Source: Minisyncoccota bacterium (GTDB lineage: Bacteria; Patescibacteriota; Minisyncoccia; Phycocordibacterales; Phycocordibacteraceae). Taken from it: a stretch of 64,000 nucleotides of DNA. Of the stretch, positions 58,094-64,000 are shown piece after piece (position 1 is the stretch's first letter; the number at the start of each line of letters is the position of its first letter). The position numbers and the translations under genes were made by a program. The notes below the pieces were generated by a model. It was given only the letters and a program-made list of their open reading frames with translations, searched no databases and had not been told where the DNA came from. The stretch covers positions 398,217-462,216 of the forward strand of contig DASPLI010000001.1 of NCBI GenBank assembly GCA_035627655.1, read 5' to 3'.

Positions 58094-60199
58094 CTATTTG
58101 GGCCACGCGGTGACCATCAGGTAGTTTTTCTTTGCGGGAATCGAGCTCCAGATCTCTTCGGTGACAAACGGCATGAACGGATGCAGTAGGGCGAGCAAAT
58201 CGGCAAGCGTGCTATGGAGAAAGGCGCTTCGAGACGCTTTCGCTGCTTCGTCGGTTCCAAGGAAAATAGGCTTTGACTCTTCAAGGATGACGTCGGCAAG
58301 GCGGTGCCACGCGTACTGGTAGAGCTTTTCCGCCGCCATATGCATGCGGTACTCGTCCATGTCCGTAGTCACGTCGGCAACAAGCTCTTTAAACTCCTGC
58401 TGGAGCGCCAGATCCGTTTCATTGAGAGTCGCATCGCTGACCGGTGCGTTCTCGAGAATGAATCGAGTAATGTTCCAGAGCTTGTTGGCAAAATGCTTGT
58501 AGCCCTTCACCTTGTCCTCGCGAAGTGCGAGGTCGGTACCGGGAGCGTTTCCAACCACAAGCGCCATGCGAAGCGCATCGGTACCGTACTTATTCGTAAG
58601 GTCGAGCGGATTCACCACATTACCTTTCGATTTACTCATCTTCTTTCCGTGCGCGTCGTTTACCAAGCCGTGGAGGTAGACGGTGTGGAATGGCGGCTGG
58701 TCGGAGAGGTAGAGACCGAAAATAACCATGCGCGGCACCCACTTAAAGATGAGGTCGTGGCCCGTCTCCATGACATCGCTCGGATAGTAGGTAGGGAAGT
58801 CACTGCCGTTCGGGTAGCCGGCAGTAAGAAGCGGCCACTGTCCGGATGAGAACCAGGTATCAAACGTATCCTCGTCCTTCACCCAGCCCTCGCCAGGAGA
58901 TGTGAGGCTTGCGCGCCACTCGCCATCTTTTTCCCAAGCAGGGATTGAGATACCCCAGACGATCTGTCGGGAAATATTCCAATCAATCGCATTTTCCATC
59001 CAGTAGCGGAAGATCTTCTCAAAGTTATCCGGAATGAAGCGAATGTCGCCCTTATTGACCGCGGTAACGGCCATTGCGGCAAGCGGTGCCATCTTCACGA
59101 ACCACTGGTCTTTGACCTGCGGCTCGATCACGGTCTGGCACTTGTAGCAGCGCTTAACGACATTCTTGTAGTTTTCATCAACGGATACCAAAAGACCCTT
59201 CTCTTTCAGCTTCTCAACGATCTTCGGTCGCGCGTCACGGATGTTGATGCCGGCAAATTCCTGCGCGATCGGAAGGAGCTTACCGCGCCAGTCGATAATC
59301 TGCTCCATCGGGAGGCTGTGACGCTGGGCAATCTCGAAGTCGATCTGGGAGTGCCATGGTGTAATCGTCATGACGCCGGTACCAAACTCCATATCGACTG
59401 CCGAATCCTTGATGACGGTAGCGGTAATTGGTCCGTTGATCCATTCAACCTCGAGCGTCTGGCCATGCTTCCAGTCCTTGTAACGAGCATCGTCTGGGTG
59501 CATAACGACGTACTTGTCGCCAAACTTTGTTTCAGGGCGCACCGTACCGATTTCAAACGGTCCGTAGCGGAAGGTATAAAACGGCGTCACCTCCTCCGAG
59601 TTTTCTGTCTCCACATCCGAAAGAGAAGTCTGATGCTTGTAGCACCAGTTTACGGTTCGCTTGCCGCGGTACACGAGTCCGTCTTCAAACATCTTGATGA
59701 ACGTCTTCTGCACTTTCTCAACGACATCCGGATCAAGCGTGAACTTCTCGCGCGACCAGTCGCAGGATGCGCCAAGCGAGCGAACTTGTGCTTCCATGTT
59801 CTTCTTATTCTCAAGCGTAAAGGCAAGAATCTCGTTGTAGAGCTCCTGCGGGTCCATCCCAAAACGAGATCGGCCTTCCTTCTCAAGCTTCTTCTCATAC
59901 ACCACCTGGGTTTCAAAGCCTGCATGATCTGCGCCTGGGAGCCACAGTGATCGATAGCCGCGCATGCGCTTATAGCGAGTCAAAATGTCTTCAAGCGTAA
60001 TAAAGAGGGCGTGACCGGCGTGGAGATTGCCGTTTGCGTTAGGTGGCGGCATGACGATCGTGAATGCCTTGCCCTCGGTTGCCGCAAGGAGGTCGGCTGG
60101 CAGGTTGTCAGGGTTGAAGTAGCCGCTCTGCTCCCACGCTTCGTAAATACGCGGCTCGGTTGCCGCTGGGTCGTAGGGTTTTTTGAACTTCTCGTCCAT
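58094..60199 (-). CDS. valS: Valine--tRNA ligase (short form)
   Basis: PPPNANGNLHAGH, DWNISRQ, DTWFSS, KMSKS. Confidence 0.95.
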   Translation of the reverse strand: MDEKFKKPYDPAATEPRIYEAWEQSGYFNPDNLPADLLAATEGKAFTIVMPPPNANGNLHAGHALFITLEDILTRYKRMRGYRSLWLPGADHAGFETQVVYEKKLEKEGRSRFGMDPQELYNEILAFTLENKKNMEAQVRSLGASCDWSREKFTLDPDVVEKVQKTFIKMFEDGLVYRGKRTVNWCYKHQTSLSDVETENSEEVTPFYTFRYGPFEIGTVRPETKFGDKYVVMHPDDARYKDWKHGQTLEVEWINGPITATVIKDSAVDMEFGTGVMTITPWHSQIDFEIAQRHSLPMEQIIDWRGKLLPIAQEFAGINIRDARPKIVEKLKEKGLLVSVDENYKNVVKRCYKCQTVIEPQVKDQWFVKMAPLAAMAVTAVNKGDIRFIPDNFEKIFRYWMENAIDWNISRQIVWGISIPAWEKDGEWRASLTSPGEGWVKDEDTFDTWFSSGQWPLLTAGYPNGSDFPTYYPSDVMETGHDLIFKWVPRMVIFGLYLSDQPPFHTVYLHGLVNDAHGKKMSKSKGNVVNPLDLTNKYGTDALRMALVVGNAPGTDLALREDKVKGYKHFANKLWNITRFILENAPVSDATLNETDLALQQEFKELVADVTTDMDEYRMHMAAEKLYQYAWHRLADVILEESKPIFLGTDEAAKASRSAFLHSTLADLLALLHPFMPFVTEEIWSSIPAKKNYLMVTAWPK

Positions 60200-60225
60200 T
60201 TGGGGAATATAGCAGAAATACGGCC

Positions 60226-61422
60226 TCAAGCGAGCCGCAGATTGCCGTTTGCCTTGATGTCGCTCGCGTACTCTTTCCGAAGCGCGCGCAGGTAGCCGGC
60301 GATGCCGATCATGACGGCATTATCGGTCGTCAGGTCAGCGGTCGGGATGCGAAGTGATACGCCTGGATGCTCGGCAATGTTTCTCGTAAAGACACGTTGA
60401 ATGTGTTTGTTAGCGGAGACGCCGCCGCCAAGCACGAGTGTCTGCGCACCCGTTTCTTCAAGCGCTTTTGCGGATTTCTTCCACAACACGTCTGCTGCTG
60501 CGTCTTCAAACGCGCGCGCAAGTTGCTCCTTTTCTAGCTCGCCAAGCTCGCGATCTTTCACCTCATACAGTACGGCAGTCTTAAGGCCGCTAAAGGAGAA
60601 ATCGAGGTCTGGACTGTCGACCATGGGACGAGGAAGGGAGAAGGGATTGGTGCGCTCATCCTCGCGATCTCGCTCGGCAAGCTTCGATACTTCAGGACCG
60701 CCCGGATACGGAAGATGCAGCATGCGCGCAACCTTATCGAAGGCTTCTCCGACCGCATCATCTCGTGTTGCGCCAAGTAGTTCATAGGAGAGCCAGTCTT
60801 TCATCAAAACAAGTTCCGTATGCCCGCCTGAAATAAGGAGTGCGAGTACGGGGAATGCCACATCTTTAAGTTCGAGCACTTCAGTATTCTTGAGCGACTC
60901 TTTCCGTTCATCACTTCCAGCATGTACGGAAAGGCCGGAGAGAAGATGGCCTTCCATATGATTGACCGGTACGACCGGAATGTTCCAGGCAGCAGAAAGT
61001 GCTTGAGCGAAATTCACACCAACCCAGAGGGCTGGTTCAAGGCCGGGGCCTGCGGTAACGGCAATGGCATCGATCTTGGGCGGGGTATGCACTTCAACAA
61101 ATCGTATGAACGCCTCGGTGAGTCCTGGTTCCCGCTGGAGGAGATCGCCCCACTGACTATAGCGTTCAGGCGGAAAGACCTGTGCGTCTTCTTCAATCAT
61201 TTCTGCTTCGGCGAGTGCTTCGTAGAGAATGGGAACGAGGTTCTTGGCGTGTTCGCGCTTGGCAACGGCAGGGAAAACACCGCCATACTCTTTATGAATA
61301 TCGATCTGGGAAAGCAGTGCGTTTCCTATGACGCGGAAGCGCGCACTCGTCTCATCGCCGTCGCATTCAAGGATGGCGATCGCTGTCTCATCGCACGAGG
61401 TTTCAATCGCGAGAAGTTTCAT
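60226..61422 (-). CDS. tsaD: tRNA t6A threonylcarbamoyltransferase TsaD
   Basis: IETSCDET, NHMEGH, SGGHT, DDAVGEAFDK, TDNAVMI. Confidence 0.95.
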   Translation of the reverse strand: MKLLAIETSCDETAIAILECDGDETSARFRVIGNALLSQIDIHKEYGGVFPAVAKREHAKNLVPILYEALAEAEMIEEDAQVFPPERYSQWGDLLQREPGLTEAFIRFVEVHTPPKIDAIAVTAGPGLEPALWVGVNFAQALSAAWNIPVVPVNHMEGHLLSGLSVHAGSDERKESLKNTEVLELKDVAFPVLALLISGGHTELVLMKDWLSYELLGATRDDAVGEAFDKVARMLHLPYPGGPEVSKLAERDREDERTNPFSLPRPMVDSPDLDFSFSGLKTAVLYEVKDRELGELEKEQLARAFEDAAADVLWKKSAKALEETGAQTLVLGGGVSANKHIQRVFTRNIAEHPGVSLRIPTADLTTDNAVMIGIAGYLRALRKEYASDIKANGNLRLA

Positions 61423-62263
61423 CGTCTAGAAGCGTCCAGGGAAACGGCCCTTCGCGCGGAATCAGAAAGCCCGCTGCGTCGTGATGCCCGTTACCGCCAA
61501 ACCGGCTTGCAATCTCTGCAACATCCACTGACCCGTCGCCGCGGATAGAGACACCGTATCCGTCGGGATGCGCGGAAACCACCAGTGCAAAAGGACCGTG
61601 TTTGCGCGCAAGAATATTACCAACCAGAGACTTCATAGACTTCAGCGGATGTGCTGTTCCGTAATAAATTTCGTACCCTTCGAAAGAAACGAGTTTTGCA
61701 TGATCTGCTGCAAGCTGGGCGAGATGCTCGAAGTACTCGGCGTATATCGTTGCGCGCTCATACATCGATGTGTAAGACGCCGGATTATCAAACTTCTTGA
61801 TGATGTCGTCCCACACGGCAAAGTCGTATGGCTGCACTTCAATATACGTACCGATCGCGCGAGTTTCAGGATATTTAAAACGGAACAGATCTCCATCCTC
61901 GATGTAGTCAAGTAATTTTGGTCGGGGAGTTCCTGGATGAAAGTAGTCCCAAGCGATTCCTGCGCCAGAGCGATCTTTGTCGTAGACAAACTCCGGCATG
62001 CTCTCGATGACATCTCGTACGCCGTAGTGGTGATCAAGAACGACCAGGCGCTCTGCTGTTTCGGCAAAACGGTCCATGATGTCTTTGGGGTAACAAAAAT
62101 CGAGGAAATACGCAGTGGCGCCACGAACCGCTTCAATGGACGGTTCGTCCCCGCGGCCAAGAGCAATATATTCAGCAGCGTCGCCAAATTTTTTCCATGC
62201 TGCATAGGCAGCCGCAAAACCGTCTGGGCAGCCGCTACCGTGATACAGAATGACGGTTTTCAT
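61403..62263 (-). CDS. DHH/DHHA1-family phosphoesterase
   Basis: CPDGF, LDHH, GGNGHHDAAG. Confidence 0.88.
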   Translation of the reverse strand: MKTVILYHGSGCPDGFAAAYAAWKKFGDAAEYIALGRGDEPSIEAVRGATAYFLDFCYPKDIMDRFAETAERLVVLDHHYGVRDVIESMPEFVYDKDRSGAGIAWDYFHPGTPRPKLLDYIEDGDLFRFKYPETRAIGTYIEVQPYDFAVWDDIIKKFDNPASYTSMYERATIYAEYFEHLAQLAADHAKLVSFEGYEIYYGTAHPLKSMKSLVGNILARKHGPFALVVSAHPDGYGVSIRGDGSVDVAEIASRFGGNGHHDAAGFLIPREGPFPWTLLDDETSRD

Positions 62264-62277
62264 ATAGTCGTTATACC

Positions 62278-62715
62278 TTAGGCGCTTACTTCGTTCAAAA
62301 ATATGCCGCTCTTCCACGCATCAAGCGAGGCTTGGCTTGGCGCAAAGATGGGCGAGGGAAGCGCATCTTTGTCGTACCACTGCCAATTGCGAGACTTTTC
62401 CGGTTCCGGATTCGTTGGTTCTCCGCTCTTACATTCAACAACGAACGTGAGGTTCACATAATGCTTTCCATACACACGCTCGTTATTGAGCGAGACGATT
62501 CCTTTGAACTCAAGATCGGTCAGGCCAGTTTCTTCGCGCACTTCATCGCGCGCTGTGTCTTCAAAGCTCTTTCCAAACTCCATATGTCCGCCAGGAATCT
62601 GATAGGTGCCTGCGCCATGAGAACCAAGTCGCTCTCCAAGGAGTACTTTCCCTTCGGCGTTCAGGATAATGACGCCGACAGCGACGAGCGGACGATCAGC
62701 GGATGGTTGAGTCAT
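62278..62715 (-). CDS. NUDIX hydrolase
   Basis: PGGHMEFGKSFEDTARDEVREETGL Nudix box; EPEK. Confidence 0.9.
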   Translation of the reverse strand: MTQPSADRPLVAVGVIILNAEGKVLLGERLGSHGAGTYQIPGGHMEFGKSFEDTARDEVREETGLTDLEFKGIVSLNNERVYGKHYVNLTFVVECKSGEPTNPEPEKSRNWQWYDKDALPSPIFAPSQASLDAWKSGIFLNEVSA

Positions 62716-63569
62716 AGGCTAAAGCGTACATACATGCCGGATGGCAAGAGCCGGCCACTCTTCTCTTCAATACGCAGCTCGCCGTATTCGGCGTCTACCG
62801 TTCCAAAAACGCTCTCAACGAGCTGCAGGAACGACTGTGGCGCGTAGCCAGCAGCGTAGCCGTTAAGGAGGAAGAATGAGCCGGGAGCGTCTGAGAGGAG
62901 TTCCTTCAAAAGCTCAATAAGCGGGAGAAGATCTTCCTCGATCTTCCACACTTCGTCTTTTGCGCCGCGACCGAATGCAGGAGGGTCAAGCAAAATGCCT
63001 TCGTACTTAGCGCCACGGCGTATCTCGCGCTTCACAAACGAGCGCGCGTCTTCAACGATATAGCGGATAGCGCCTTCAGGAACGCCGGAGCGCTCGGCAT
63101 TTTCCTTAGCCCAGGTAACGCTCGATTTTGAAGAATCGACATGCGTGACCTGCGCACCTGCCTGCGCTGCGGCAATGGATGCAGCGCCGGTGTAGCCGAA
63201 GAGGTTGAGGATCTGCGGCTCCTTGAGCGCCTGTATCTTTCCCGCGGTCCATTCCCAGTTGGGGGACTGCTCAGGAAAGATACCGGTATGTTTGAAAGAG
63301 GTAAGGCGGGTGGAGAGCGTCATACTGCCAAACGACACGTCCCACATATCCGGGAGATCTCCGTTCTTCTCCCACGCGCCTTTTGCGCCGTCGCGAGAAA
63401 AGACTGCTGCAGCCTTCTCCCAGAGCGACGCATCAGACTTTCGCCAGATCGCCTGCGTATCGGGACGGGCAAGCACGTAGTCTCCATATCGTTCAAGCTT
63501 CAGGTGATCTCCCGAGTCGAGGAGTTCGTACCCGTCAGACGCACGAGTGGAGAGGTGGCGTTCGATCAT
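62712..63569 (-). CDS. SAM-dependent (rRNA-type) methyltransferase
   Basis: YELLDSG..KLERYG, LNLFGYTG, LLDPPAFG. Confidence 0.88.
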   Translation of the reverse strand: MIERHLSTRASDGYELLDSGDHLKLERYGDYVLARPDTQAIWRKSDASLWEKAAAVFSRDGAKGAWEKNGDLPDMWDVSFGSMTLSTRLTSFKHTGIFPEQSPNWEWTAGKIQALKEPQILNLFGYTGAASIAAAQAGAQVTHVDSSKSSVTWAKENAERSGVPEGAIRYIVEDARSFVKREIRRGAKYEGILLDPPAFGRGAKDEVWKIEEDLLPLIELLKELLSDAPGSFFLLNGYAAGYAPQSFLQLVESVFGTVDAEYGELRIEEKSGRLLPSGMYVRFSL

Positions 63570-64000
63570 GCATTGAGTGCGCCAGGATGTTTACGGCTCC
63601 AGGCGGAAAATACGACGCCTGCGGACACGGCGACGTTGAGCGATTCGCAGCGGGGATGCATGGGAATAGAGAGTGCGATATCGCAGGTCTCAAGCGTCTT
63701 CTCCCGGAGCCCTGCTCCTTCGTTCCCAAGCACAAACACACTCGGCTTTTCAAAACCTTCCGCATCAAGCGGAATTGATCCTTCCATTGCAAGGCCGTAT
63801 ACCCAAAAGCCACGCTCTTTGAGGTCGCGAAGCGTATCGTTCACGTTTCCAATTGAGACGAGCGGAACGCGAAACGCCATGCCAGCAGATGTCTTGATTA
63901 CCGTTCCTGTTACGGGTGCCTGGTTGTGCGCAGGGATAAGCACGCCTGCGAGTCCGAACGCTGCGGCTGATCGGATGATAGCGCCTACGTTATGCGGATC
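63566..64000 (-). CDS. TrmH/RlmB-family RNA 2'-O-methyltransferase (5' end off window)
   Basis: DPHNVGAIIRSA, LGNEGAGL, ESLNVAVSAG. Confidence 0.9.
   Translation of the reverse strand, partial: DPHNVGAIIRSAAAFGLAGVLIPAHNQAPVTGTVIKTSAGMAFRVPLVSIGNVNDTLRDLKERGFWVYGLAMEGSIPLDAEGFEKPSVFVLGNEGAGLREKTLETCDIALSIPMHPRCESLNVAVSAGVVFSAWSRKHPGALNA

Noticed and set aside
58094-61422. Short ValRS and inserted TsaD as pseudogenes or novelties
   Set aside because: Catalytic motifs are intact; these look like ordinary lineage variants

Overview
Bacterial chromosomal window (genetic code 11) that looks like Patescibacteria/CPR, Parcubacteria-like. Evidence: dense gene packing, a TsaD with a lineage-type insertion, a short ValRS, a TrmB-like regulator, DUF5667 and DUF192 genes, and no obvious biosynthetic pathway genes. 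Core genes include typA, lepA, groES/groEL, rnj, secG, mltG, murJ, valS, tsaD, nth, mutY, msrA/msrB, RNase P RNA and four tRNAs (Ser, Gly, Arg, Phe). Main unexplained signals: (1) two ~200-nt intergenic, highly structured putative ncRNAs, each with its own promoter and terminator (27596-27798 minus, with a repeated self-complementary GGAUCCAAUGG motif and a possible pseudoknot; 30572-30812 plus, multi-way junction). (2) A two-tier expression grammar: core genes lack Shine-Dalgarno sites and are often leaderless, including palindromic bidirectional -10 promoters, while scattered accessory genes are promoter + SD + terminator cassettes. Those cassettes include clusters of small orphan membrane/secreted proteins on both sides of groESL that share an identical terminator. 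(3) A CoaB-like/class II aldolase-like fusion divergent from a TrmB regulator. (4) A 40-codon uORF plus terminator upstream of an ABC exporter. All calls come from reading motifs by eye; no database search or folding program was run.
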